Made by a program: the position numbers and the translations under genes
Notes under the pieces: model-generated
Databases searched by the model: none
The model's input: the letters and a program-made list of their open reading frames with translations, nothing else
What the model was told of the DNA's origin: nothing
Origin: Candidatus Sumerlaeota bacterium
GTDB taxonomy: Bacteria; Sumerlaeota; Sumerlaeia; MWCT01; JAUWMI01
Direction: 5' to 3'
DNA length: 64,000 nucleotides
Assembly: GCA_030613245.1 (NCBI GenBank)
Contig: JAUWMI010000003.1
Location: forward strand, 65,062-129,061
Shown: piece by piece, positions 36,934 through 46,599 of the stretch
Layout: each line of letters starts with the position of its first letter
Position numbering within the stretch: the stretch's first letter is position 1

Positions 36934-37752
36934 ATGAGAAAAGCCGTGTATTTGTTCATTGTTGCAGTGATGGCCATGGGGCTGAACATTCATGGGCAAA
37001 CAGTACCCTTGAAGATCAACTATCAGGGAGTCGTGCGTGAAGGAACACAGTTGCTCACAGGCAATGGCGAGTTCCGTTTTGCTATTCTGGACAATGGGAC
37101 GCCACAGATGATTCTCTGGTCGAATGATGGCTCCAAGGACGGTCTTGAGGCGAGCGTGGGAAATGTGCCGACGGATCCGGTTACCTTGGCTGTCAAGGAC
37201 GGCATCTATAGCGTAGCTCTTGGTGACACGGACGTAACCAATATGACGGAAATTTCAGCGCCGGTGTTTCGTGACAACTCGCAGACATTCCTGCGCGTTT
37301 GGTTCAACAAGCCCGGAGGTACGGCGGAACTAATGCAGCCGGATGTGCAGCTAGTCAGCGTACCCTATGCCTATAGGGCTGGTTCGGTGGATTTGGTGAT
37401 GCCGCAAAATGTGGGCAGGGGCAACACGGTCAAGTCAGTTTATTTCGACATTAATACTGGCGCGCTCAACAAGGTGATCTATACCGTGCCCACTGAGAAG
37501 ACATTCGTTGTCACGGACATTTTCATTACCTCTTCTGAAATCGGGCCTTTATGGCAATTTCGGAACAGGAATTCTACCTTGGACGTCTATCTCAAATTTA
37601 TGATTGATGCACAGACCGATGGCTTGAACAATTTTATGCTACAGTTCAAGGCCGGGATTCTTTTTGAAGGGGACGACGTGATCACGATTCGCCAGACAAA
37701 AACAGGTGATGACCGCCGGATTATCGGCGTGATCTCGGGATTTGAATTCTGA
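36934..37752 (+). CDS. Hypothetical secreted protein (272 aa)
   Basis: Signal peptide MRKAVYLFIVAVMAMGLNIHG. Followed by a terminator. Confidence 0.5.
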   Translation: MRKAVYLFIVAVMAMGLNIHGQTVPLKINYQGVVREGTQLLTGNGEFRFAILDNGTPQMILWSNDGSKDGLEASVGNVPTDPVTLAVKDGIYSVALGDTDVTNMTEISAPVFRDNSQTFLRVWFNKPGGTAELMQPDVQLVSVPYAYRAGSVDLVMPQNVGRGNTVKSVYFDINTGALNKVIYTVPTEKTFVVTDIFITSSEIGPLWQFRNRNSTLDVYLKFMIDAQTDGLNNFMLQFKAGILFEGDDVITIRQTKTGDDRRIIGVISGFEF

Positions 37753-37820
37753 GTTCCGGAACCAGACAGGATTGGAAAGCGCGCATCAGGCAATACTTGA
37801 TGCAGTGAGAGGTAATCTCA

Positions 37821-37850
37821 AGCGGAGCGATTTATGCTCCGCTTTTTTTT
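37821..37850 (+). terminator. Rho-independent terminator
   Basis: agcggagc-gatttat-gctccgct followed by T8. Confidence 0.8.
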
Positions 37851-38044
37851 GATGGTTTCAGCAGATTCGCTTGACTTTTATACAATCCAGATATCGTATA
37901 TTGAGGCAAGGCATTGTGAAACTCTGGATAAAGAGTGTGCCCGCTGGCGTACCTCGTACCGGAAGAATACACCTGGCCACCGGGCGTTCATGGTGCCGTA
38001 AGCTTCAGTGTCTGGCTAAGTGATGCCACATTTCTGATCGGATT

Positions 38045-41000
38045 TTGAAGAAAACACTAATGAATTCAGCAGAGCAGAAGAAGGTCTCCTCGCAGCACGG
38101 CTTTTCGCGCGCTGATCTTGTAAACGGACTTATCTTGTTCGCGATTCCCTTCTTGCTCTTCCTGCCCACCGTGTTACGCAATCAGATTCCCTACTTCATG
38201 GACATCGTCACGCAATTCTATCCTGTCAGGATGTTTGCTGCGCACCTGCTTCATCAGGGCGAAATGCCGCTATGGAATCCGACCTATTACTGCGGCGTAC
38301 CGCTTCTGGCGAATCCTCAATGGGGAATTCTCTACCCCGGCAACGTTCTGTTCTTTCTTTTTCCCGCAGGGTGGAGCTTTACCGCAACGCTGGCGCTTCA
38401 CTCCGTGATCGGTAGCTGGGGTCTATACCTTCTGGCGAAGCATGTTACACAGAACCGTTACGCTGCGATGCTGGCAGCGCTGCTCTACCTGCTCGGTGGG
38501 TATACGTGGGCACACTATGCCTTTGGTGCATTTCTGCTCACGCTCGCCTGGGTGCCGTTCGTCTATTTCTGGTTTGAGCGGTATATGGAGACGCGACGCG
38601 GTTTGTACGTGCTGGCCGCAGGAGTTGGTCTGGCATTGCAGATTCTCTCGGGCACGCCGCAGATTACCTACTATGCCATGTTGAGCTACCTGGTGCTGGT
38701 TGTGGTGCGAGGTGTGGGGGAGTGGCGTGGGGGGAAGGGTCTGGCAGGACTTAAGCAGCCACTAATATTCTTTGGCGGAATGTGCGTAATCGGGCTTGGA
38801 TTGTCAGCGCCGCAATGGCTGGCCAGTCTAAAATTTCTTACGGAGTGTGAGCGCTCTGGTGGGTTGAGCTTGCATGAAGTAAAAACAGGGACACTCTCGC
38901 TTAGCCAGCTCTGGTGCGCGTTCACCGGCGGAACAAGTTGGCCTGAGGATGCAGAGACAACCGCGTATATTGGGCTTTTTCCTCTATTCCTGGCGATTTT
39001 CGGAGCGTTGGCATGCCGACATCGCGCATTGCGGGGATACCGCATAATTGCTTTTGCGAGTATTCTCTTCCTGCTGAGCTCACTCAGCGGCTTTTTCTAC
39101 CAATGGTTTCCTCTCTATCGGCATTTTCACGATCCCAAGCGGGTGCTTGGAATCCTGATGATTGTCGTGAGCTTGCTCGCAGCATGCGGGATGTGCCGGG
39201 TGTGGGAACTGTTTTCCCGTGGCTGGCCCAGAGAACGCTTCTGGGTTTCTGTTGGCGGCGCAATGCTCTTGGTTCTCTTTGTTTTGGAGGCAGTTTGGCG
39301 TCGTGGTGAATTTGCATCGAGCACCATGCTAGCCGGCAGCCAGGTGCTAGGATGGATTACGATGTCGGCCTCGGTGATTCCTATGTTGCTGGATATTCAA
39401 CGGGTTCTAGTTAGCATTGCAGTGCTGGTGCTGCTGCTATGGTGTTTTTGGCTGAAGAGGCTAGTTTCTCCTGTATTTCCCATTCCTCTTATGGCGTTCT
39501 GCATCATAGTGTTGGTCTTTTTATTTTCGTACCCAGTGGTGATTAAGGGGCTGAATCTCATCGTCGTTGGCGCAGGCATTGTATTGGTTATGAATCTATG
39601 GATCAGGAGAGAAGAGGGTCCACTTTCTGCTGTATTGATCCTCATTCTTGTGGCGGTCTCGACTATGGTGTTTAGCTTTGGAAGGATTGACCTAAAGTTC
39701 ATAGGCGCACAGGATCTCTTCCAGCGTACTTCCCTCAGCGAGCCGATTTTTATTTCAGACACTCAAAGCCGATTTCTGAGCTATGATGAGGGCATTCACT
39801 ATTCGTACGATTATACGAGAGCTGGTTTTGGAGAACGGCTGTTGCCGAATCTGGGTTCGTATTTCGGCCTGAAGGATTTTCAGGGCTACGATCCTTCGAT
39901 TCCTCGCCGCTATGCTACATATCTCAAACTGGTCAACCGCGGATTTGTTCGTCTCTATACAAAACATTTTGGTATCGTGCGGAATCTCGGCTCGCCACTA
40001 CTCGATCGGGCCAACGTACGCTATGTCATTGGCGATGCAGATTCGTATGTGCCGTTCATGCAGGCGGCAAAAGTAAAGGAAGGGGAGCCGCTAGACGTGC
40101 GGCTGGAAATGCCAGGGCCGTTTTCCGCTATTACGCTGTGGGCTGTTGCGTTGCCATACTTTTATATTACAAAGGGTCAGGAAGTTGGGAGTGTTAGTTG
40201 CTATGCAGATGGTAGATTGGTAGAGCGATTTCCCCTGCGCTTTGGCGTTGAAGCTGGTGGCAGAGGGATGGGTGGATACCGAGTCGAGAAGTTGATTAAT
40301 CAGGACGACACCCGGTTTTGTGACTTTATCAGGGATCGAGGGGTTCCGTTTTTTGCGACCAGGTTTCTTCTGCGCCCTGCGAAATCACTGAGCCAGGTTG
40401 CTGTTGAGTGGACGTGGGCGCGGGGGAGTAATCTCTTGGTGAAACAGATCACTCTTCGACCCGTGGCATGGGCAGAAGCTGTGAAGCTGGTCAGAGAAGA
40501 GCGTAACACAACGCCGTGGGACACCTGGCGGCTTCGGCTCTATGAGCGAAAGAATATTTTGCCGCGAGTGCAAATGGCCACCCAGCTTATTCATGCTGCT
40601 TCGCCTGAGGAGGCCGCGCAAAAACTTGCCGCGCTGGGCGCTGGCCAAGATTCTACTGTAATCGTAGAAACTAAAGCTCGCGACGAAGCTCTGCCTTCAC
40701 AACTTGGGAACGGGAAAGTATTACAAACCACATACAAAACGAATAGAGTGGACATCAAAGTGGAATGCGACGAACCGGGTGGATTTCTTGTGCTTCGCGA
40801 TGCATTCTTTCCGGGCTGGAGAGCGACAGTTGACAATGCGCCCGCAAAGATTTATCCTACAGACCTCATGTTCCGGGGTATCATGATCCCGAAAGGGGTG
40901 CATTCTGTACGATTCGTGTATCGTCCCAAAGAGATTGTATACGGATTTGTTCTCGTACTTGTAACGCTAGGCGGGATTGTTTTGTCTATCCTGCGTTCAA

Positions 41001-41050
41001 AACGCATGCGTCGCAATTCATTAGGAGCTAATTCAAAGGCTACATCGTGA
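38045..41050 (+). CDS. YfhO family membrane protein (putative glycosyl transferase/flippase for cell-envelope polymers), 1001 aa
   Basis: N-terminal polytopic domain with YfhO-like motifs (…QFYPVRMFAAHLLHQGEMPLWNPTYYCGVPLLANPQWGILYPGN…). TTG start at 38045 or ATG at 38060. Confidence 0.6.
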   Translation: MKKTLMNSAEQKKVSSQHGFSRADLVNGLILFAIPFLLFLPTVLRNQIPYFMDIVTQFYPVRMFAAHLLHQGEMPLWNPTYYCGVPLLANPQWGILYPGNVLFFLFPAGWSFTATLALHSVIGSWGLYLLAKHVTQNRYAAMLAALLYLLGGYTWAHYAFGAFLLTLAWVPFVYFWFERYMETRRGLYVLAAGVGLALQILSGTPQITYYAMLSYLVLVVVRGVGEWRGGKGLAGLKQPLIFFGGMCVIGLGLSAPQWLASLKFLTECERSGGLSLHEVKTGTLSLSQLWCAFTGGTSWPEDAETTAYIGLFPLFLAIFGALACRHRALRGYRIIAFASILFLLSSLSGFFYQWFPLYRHFHDPKRVLGILMIVVSLLAACGMCRVWELFSRGWPRERFWVSVGGAMLLVLFVLEAVWRRGEFASSTMLAGSQVLGWITMSASVIPMLLDIQRVLVSIAVLVLLLWCFWLKRLVSPVFPIPLMAFCIIVLVFLFSYPVVIKGLNLIVVGAGIVLVMNLWIRREEGPLSAVLILILVAVSTMVFSFGRIDLKFIGAQDLFQRTSLSEPIFISDTQSRFLSYDEGIHYSYDYTRAGFGERLLPNLGSYFGLKDFQGYDPSIPRRYATYLKLVNRGFVRLYTKHFGIVRNLGSPLLDRANVRYVIGDADSYVPFMQAAKVKEGEPLDVRLEMPGPFSAITLWAVALPYFYITKGQEVGSVSCYADGRLVERFPLRFGVEAGGRGMGGYRVEKLINQDDTRFCDFIRDRGVPFFATRFLLRPAKSLSQVAVEWTWARGSNLLVKQITLRPVAWAEAVKLVREERNTTPWDTWRLRLYERKNILPRVQMATQLIHAASPEEAAQKLAALGAGQDSTVIVETKARDEALPSQLGNGKVLQTTYKTNRVDIKVECDEPGGFLVLRDAFFPGWRATVDNAPAKIYPTDLMFRGIMIPKGVHSVRFVYRPKEIVYGFVLVLVTLGGIVLSILRSKRMRRNSLGANSKATS

Positions 41051-42138
41051 GTGATACTCAACCTGATGGGACAGCGTTGATCTTATGTGAAGGAGCGTTC
41101 GGGACTCCATATGGGAAGACCGCACACGGACTTGTGCGCTTTACCCGGCGCTATCGCGTCCTTGCCGTGATTGACAGCCAGCACGCAGGCCAGGACGCAG
41201 GAATGGTGCTGGACGGTAAGCCATGTGGTATTCCAATCTTTGGCTCACTTGCCGACGCACTGCGCGCGGTCAAAGAGCCGGTTCAGTATTTGGTAATCGG
41301 GGTTGCGCCAGATGGCGGCTTGCTGCCAAAATCCTACCGTCCAATTGTGAGAGAGGCGATTGAGAATGGCTTGAATGTAGATAGTGGGTTACATGAATTT
41401 CTAAGCGACGACCCAGAATTCCGTCAGCTGTCTGCAAGTCGTGCTGTGCAGCTCCGCGATATTCGTAAACCTCCACCCCGCCACCGTCTTCACTTCTTCA
41501 GTGGCAAAATTGACCAGGTTTCTGCCCTGAGAATTGCCGTGCTCGGGACCGACTCGGCTGTGGGTAAGCGCACAACCATGCTGGCACTTCACCATGCGCT
41601 CCAGCAACATGATATCAGGAGCGAAGTGATTGGCACGGGCCAGACCGCGTGGCTGCAAGGGCTGAGCTACTGTGTGATGCTCGATTCTATTGTGAATGAT
41701 TTTGTGACTGGCGAGATCGAGCATTGCATCTGCCAGGCAGACTATGAGCAGAATCCGCAGATTATCTTGCTGGAGGGTCAGGGAAGTCTGACACATCCGG
41801 CCTATCCGGGTGGATTCGAGTTGATTGCTGCAGGAAAGCCGCACGCCATAGTACTTCAACACGCGCCAAAGCGCCAATGTTATGATGGGTTCCCACAGTA
41901 CGAGATTGGGAATCTGTCGGGGGAAATTAAGCTGCTGGAACTCTTTAGCCGGGTCAAGGTGCTGGCACTAACCCTGAGTCACGAGGGGATGAACAGCGAG
42001 GAAATCGAGCAGGTCGTTGCGCAGTATGAGACGCAGCACGGGATTCCGGTGTGCGATGTGCTCGTACATGGGTGTGAGAAGATCATCAAGGCCTTGCTAA
42101 AACGTTTTCCCGGGTTGCGTGCAAATTCTCATAAGTAG
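41047..42138 (+). CDS. DUF1611 family protein
   Basis: GTG start overlaps the YfhO stop (GTGA). N-terminal …GAFGTPYGKTAHGLVRFTRRYRVLAVIDS… and P-loop-like LGTDSAVGKRTT. Confidence 0.6.
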   Translation: MSDTQPDGTALILCEGAFGTPYGKTAHGLVRFTRRYRVLAVIDSQHAGQDAGMVLDGKPCGIPIFGSLADALRAVKEPVQYLVIGVAPDGGLLPKSYRPIVREAIENGLNVDSGLHEFLSDDPEFRQLSASRAVQLRDIRKPPPRHRLHFFSGKIDQVSALRIAVLGTDSAVGKRTTMLALHHALQQHDIRSEVIGTGQTAWLQGLSYCVMLDSIVNDFVTGEIEHCICQADYEQNPQIILLEGQGSLTHPAYPGGFELIAAGKPHAIVLQHAPKRQCYDGFPQYEIGNLSGEIKLLELFSRVKVLALTLSHEGMNSEEIEQVVAQYETQHGIPVCDVLVHGCEKIIKALLKRFPGLRANSHK

Positions 42139-42202
42139 GGGCAGTTCGCGACTTGTGCGCCTCAGGCGTAACTGCCCCTACGGTGCTGGGAAAGGATCAG
42201 CA

Positions 42203-43276
42203 ATGGAAATTAACAAGGTAGAGTCGTTTCGCCGAACATTTCAGCTCAAGCATACCTCTGCAGTTGCCTACGGCTCAACAGAAACCGCTGAGAATGTGGT
42301 TGTAAAGTTGACAGCGAGCAATGGGAAAGTCGGATGGGGCAATTGCGCTCCGGATGAATACGTGACCGGCGAGAAAATAGAAGATACAGAGCGATTTCTC
42401 ACAGACGCTGCTCCAGAGCTTCTCCTGCACAGAGATGTCGGAATGCTGGGTGTGCTTAACGATGAACTTCTCCGCCATGGCGCGCGTACTCCAGCGGCAT
42501 GTGCGGGACTAAATATTGCGCTCTACGATTTGCTGGGGAAATGTGCGCATCTGCCCGTGTATCGGCTGCTCGGGGCTTGCCGCTCATCAATACTCACTTC
42601 TGTGACTGTGTCGCTTGTTAATCTCGACGATGCTGTAAATCTGGCGCAGGAATACGTAGGCCAGGGATTTCGTGCGTTGAAGATCAAGATTGGCACCACC
42701 TGGCAGGAGGATTATGAACGCATTGTTGCCATTGCCGGAGCTGTGGGGAAAGAAATCGAGCTGCGGCTCGACGCAAATCAGGCCTACGAACCGGGTGATG
42801 CCCTGGCATTACTGGCAAAGCTCGAAGATCAACAGCCCAATATCGCGTTTCTGGAGCAGCCAACCAGAGCCCGGCATATTTATAGCCTGAAGGAAGTCAC
42901 AACGCATAGTACCGTACCGATCATGGCGGACGAAAGTGTCATTGGGCTGAAAGATGCGTTTGTGCTGACTGGCGAGATGATCGCCCACTTGCTCAACATC
43001 AAGTTGATGAAATGTGGTGGGATTACCATGGCTATGAAGATGCTGGCAATCGCTGAGGCTGGCGGTATCTCGTGCATGATTGGCTGTATGGACGAGTCAG
43101 TGATCTCCATTGCCGCGGGGCTGCACTGTGCACTCTGCTCAGGTGCTGTAATGTACGCAGACCTCGATGGGCATCTGGATATCTCGAACGATGTTGCTAC
43201 GGGGGGTGTGGTTCTGAAAGATGGGCATCTCTACCCGGTGGACGCCGAGGGATTCGGTCTGACTGTGCACCTGTAG
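42203..43276 (+). CDS. Dipeptide (L-Ala-D/L-Glu-type) epimerase, enolase superfamily (MR/MLE)
   Basis: KIKIG...RLDANQAY...ADES...LNIKLMKCGG motifs match the MLE subgroup dipeptide epimerases. Confidence 0.75.
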   Translation: MEINKVESFRRTFQLKHTSAVAYGSTETAENVVVKLTASNGKVGWGNCAPDEYVTGEKIEDTERFLTDAAPELLLHRDVGMLGVLNDELLRHGARTPAACAGLNIALYDLLGKCAHLPVYRLLGACRSSILTSVTVSLVNLDDAVNLAQEYVGQGFRALKIKIGTTWQEDYERIVAIAGAVGKEIELRLDANQAYEPGDALALLAKLEDQQPNIAFLEQPTRARHIYSLKEVTTHSTVPIMADESVIGLKDAFVLTGEMIAHLLNIKLMKCGGITMAMKMLAIAEAGGISCMIGCMDESVISIAAGLHCALCSGAVMYADLDGHLDISNDVATGGVVLKDGHLYPVDAEGFGLTVHL

Positions 43277-43280
43277 CGAA

Positions 43281-43365
43281 AGAAGGGGACAGGCAACTCT
43301 TTGAATAGTGGTTCTCACCGTGCAACCTAGCCTTTCTCTTTGCAAGAAGTTGCCTGTCCCCTTCT
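43281..43365 (+). terminator. Long perfect hairpin (18-bp stem, ~49-nt loop) just after the epimerase stop
   Basis: agaaggggacaggcaact ... agttgcctgtccccttct. Confidence 0.5.
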
Positions 43366-43475
43366 TCCCGAAACAAGCCTGACGAACCTTGTAGGTACTG
43401 TATATGCCGAAAATGATCTGGACAATTCTTTAAATCACTGTAAGATATATATTACATAGGGACGAATGCTTATCG

Positions 43476-45842
43476 ATGTCCAAACTTTGCTATATACTTA
43501 ATAGTACGGGGAATTGTGCAAGGAGTAGCAACGCGGTGATTTTCCACAAACGTCAATTGGTTATCATTATCTGGGCTCTGGTACTGGTCTCGGCAGGTTT
43601 CTGCGTGCCTGCGCCGCCAGGCCATTTGATCGAGCTATCGCAGCCCGATGGCACGCGCTTTGTTGCGCAGGTGCGAGGCGATGAGTTTTACAGTTGGCTG
43701 GAAGATCGGCTGGGCTATCCGATTGTGCGTGTTGTGCCCGCTAAAGAGTACCGATACGCAATCATTGATTCCGCGGGTGCATTGCAGCCATCGGAATTTC
43801 TTGTGGGCAAAGTGGATCCGCGGCTCCAGTCCTTGCGCCCACACCTCGTCCTGGATGCTGGCATCATCAGGGCGAAGCGTGAGCGCACCTTTTTCCGCAC
43901 ACCCTTCTCCCGGCTGCCGCAGGCCAAGCGTGCAACAGGGATAACCTCAGGTCAGCTGAACAACCTGGTCCTGCTGGTCAATTTTTCCAACACTTCGCCC
44001 ACACACCTACCCCAGGCAATTGATGATCTTTTCAATACTATCGGATACACGGCTGGTGGGGCAAAAGGCTCGGTAAAGGATTACTTTAACGAGGTGTCGT
44101 ACAATCAGCTAAGTCTTAATTCCACGATTGTTGACTGGATCAATTTGCCGCAGACCAATGCCTACTATGCTGGTGACGATGACTTCAATGATGAGGGCGA
44201 CGGTAGTTTCGGGCTGAACGAACTTAAATATCCCTTCAACGCGCAACGGCTGGTTGAAGATGCGTTGGATGCGGCTGATCCGTTTGTAGACTTTTCGCAG
44301 TTCGACCAGGATGGTGATGGGTGGATTGATGCAATCAGTATCTGTCATCAGGGTCCCGGCTCTGAAATCACGTACGATATTAACCATGTCTGGTCGCATT
44401 TTGGCTATATCACGTCTACCAGAACGTACGATGGCGTTCAGATTTACTACTACCATCTCGAGCCGGAGCTCTATGATGATGGTGGCGGGCTCGTTCACAT
44501 CGGCGTGATTTGCCACGAGCTGTCGCACTTTCTCGGCTTGCCTGATCTCTATGACTACAATTTCGACTCGTACGGCATTGGCATGTGGGGACTGATGGGC
44601 TATGGCAACTGGAATGATGTCGGCCGGCTACCCGCACATCTCTGCGCGTGGTCAAAAGCCCAACTCGGCTGGTTGACACCGACACTAATGAACTGGTCGC
44701 GTCCTGATCGTGTTCTGACCAGCGTGGAGGCGAGTCCACTCGTATATAAGATTTCAGCAGGCATGCCTCTGCAACAATATTTCCTGCTGGAAAATAGACA
44801 GCTGATCGGTTTCGATGAAGAGCTGCCAGGCTCAGGGCTGTTGATATGGCACATTGACGATAGCCAGCCCAACAATGATAACGAGGATCGCATGATGGTA
44901 GCGCTCGAGCAGGCGGACGGGCTTCGTGATATCGAGCGAAGCCAGAATTATGGCGATGTTAATGATCCTTTTCCTGGCGGTACACTTAACCGTTTTTTTC
45001 GCGAAGACACTGTGCCCGGTAGTAATCCTTACGGTGCAGACACGCCGTACATCCGGCTGACCGACATCCTCATGAATGGAGAAAACGCTGAGTTCGATCT
45101 GCAGACGCTGTTGCCGTATCTGTGGGCATCTGAATCGGTAAGCTACAGCGGGAATTATTCGCTTTTCTGGAACGCTTCGAGCATTGCTGCGCGCTATATT
45201 CTCCAGGAGGGCACGCTGTCGAATCTCTTTCGGCTGGAAGACGGGGCAGAAGGTGGGCTAGGCGGCTGGATTTCCGATGGATTTGTGCTGGCAACTGATC
45301 ATGTGCATTCGGGAACGTATTCGTTTTATTCCGAAACAGACTGGACCATTATGCATACTCTGGAGCTTAATGAATCACTCCTGGTGGGTCCCGAGACGCG
45401 GCTGCACTTCTGGATCTACTACGATATTATGGACGATGATGACGTTGCGTTCCTCGAGATTCTCCCTGAAGGCGGTGAATGGCAAACGCTCCGCACTTAC
45501 TTGAATTCTCAGACAACCTGGGTGCAAGAACAGATCAATCTGGCATCCTACAGTGGCCAGTTTGTCCGATTTCGCTTTCGCTATCAGACCGATGATGGGA
45601 TGTACAAGGTAGGAATTTACGTTGATGATTTCGTCATTGACGACGCAGCAGTCATCCAATGGACTACACTTGGTGCAAATTTTTCAGTGACCAATCACCC
45701 CATCACCCAAAAATCTGGCGACACTTATTACTACCGGGTTGCAGGAATCACCAGCGCAGACCAGCGCAATCCCTGGAGCAATTTGATAAGCGTTCTTGTT
45801 GACGTTCCAGCAGTCACCCTTCCCTGGCATCTCTATTATTAG
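43476..45842 (+). CDS. M6 family (immune inhibitor A-like) secreted metalloprotease
   Basis: HELSHFLGLPDLYD zinc-binding motif. ~790 aa with C-terminal beta-rich domains. Confidence 0.7.
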   Translation: MSKLCYILNSTGNCARSSNAVIFHKRQLVIIIWALVLVSAGFCVPAPPGHLIELSQPDGTRFVAQVRGDEFYSWLEDRLGYPIVRVVPAKEYRYAIIDSAGALQPSEFLVGKVDPRLQSLRPHLVLDAGIIRAKRERTFFRTPFSRLPQAKRATGITSGQLNNLVLLVNFSNTSPTHLPQAIDDLFNTIGYTAGGAKGSVKDYFNEVSYNQLSLNSTIVDWINLPQTNAYYAGDDDFNDEGDGSFGLNELKYPFNAQRLVEDALDAADPFVDFSQFDQDGDGWIDAISICHQGPGSEITYDINHVWSHFGYITSTRTYDGVQIYYYHLEPELYDDGGGLVHIGVICHELSHFLGLPDLYDYNFDSYGIGMWGLMGYGNWNDVGRLPAHLCAWSKAQLGWLTPTLMNWSRPDRVLTSVEASPLVYKISAGMPLQQYFLLENRQLIGFDEELPGSGLLIWHIDDSQPNNDNEDRMMVALEQADGLRDIERSQNYGDVNDPFPGGTLNRFFREDTVPGSNPYGADTPYIRLTDILMNGENAEFDLQTLLPYLWASESVSYSGNYSLFWNASSIAARYILQEGTLSNLFRLEDGAEGGLGGWISDGFVLATDHVHSGTYSFYSETDWTIMHTLELNESLLVGPETRLHFWIYYDIMDDDDVAFLEILPEGGEWQTLRTYLNSQTTWVQEQINLASYSGQFVRFRFRYQTDDGMYKVGIYVDDFVIDDAAVIQWTTLGANFSVTNHPITQKSGDTYYYRVAGITSADQRNPWSNLISVLVDVPAVTLPWHLYY

Positions 45843-45962
45843 CCTACGCCCGGCCTCTTTTGCTCCTGAGAGCGCATAACTGAAATAAATATCAAACCAC
45901 AGCGGCATGACGTGTCTCCCATTAAAAATATAAGGTAGGGGCAACCCTCGTGGTTGCCCAAC

Positions 45963-46045
45963 AATTCTGCCAAAATAATAGGGCAGGCACAAGGCCTGCC
46001 CCTACGCCCCTGTTGTGTACGTTGTGTCGTAGTGGTTAATACGCC
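45963..46045 (-). repeat. ~80-bp REP-like repeat (inverted copy of 53488..53556)
   Basis: Contains the tagggcaggcacaaggcctgcccctac hairpin and the ggcgtattaaccactacgacacaac flank. Confidence 0.6.
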
Positions 46046-46599
46046 GTAGGCGCACATTTCAATAGCGTCGCTACTTTTCTGTACAAAACAAGATAAATAA
46101 AAAACGCTTCTGGAGGTGCTGCACCTCGAATTTAGCTGAGGCGGCCAGGCCGGGATTATGCACAGCCTTTCAGGCTTTATCCCCAGCTTGTTCACAAGGT
46201 TTTCACATGCTTTTCCACAGGATTATCCACACACCGTGTTCCAAGAGCATTACTCCCTTGCGGTCTGTTTAATAAGAAATTGCCACAGAGACACAGAGGC
46301 ACAGAGGTCTTCATTGAATTTATATCGGTGCTGGTATGACCGCTTCAAGTCTTGACACCTCCAGATTCGCAGAGTAGGAAATAAGATTGAACTGAGCAGT
46401 CGGGGAGTTTTCTATAACGCCGACTGCTCATCCTGAGGAGCGAAGCGACGAAGGATCTTAATAATGAGATCCTTCACGGAGTTTATCCTGAGCGAAGCTG
46501 AAGGGTTCAGGATGACGGGTCAGAAACTCTCCGACCCCTCAGATTGAACTATAATGCACACCGGCCAATGGTGTAATACGTGATTCGCCGACAAAGCGA

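Noticed and set aside
37871-37902. Possible sigma-70 promoter (TTGACT … TATATT/TACAAT) upstream of the YfhO gene
   Set aside because: The spacer lengths are 4, 15 or 20 nt, none canonical. I cannot support a promoter call without transcription start data.
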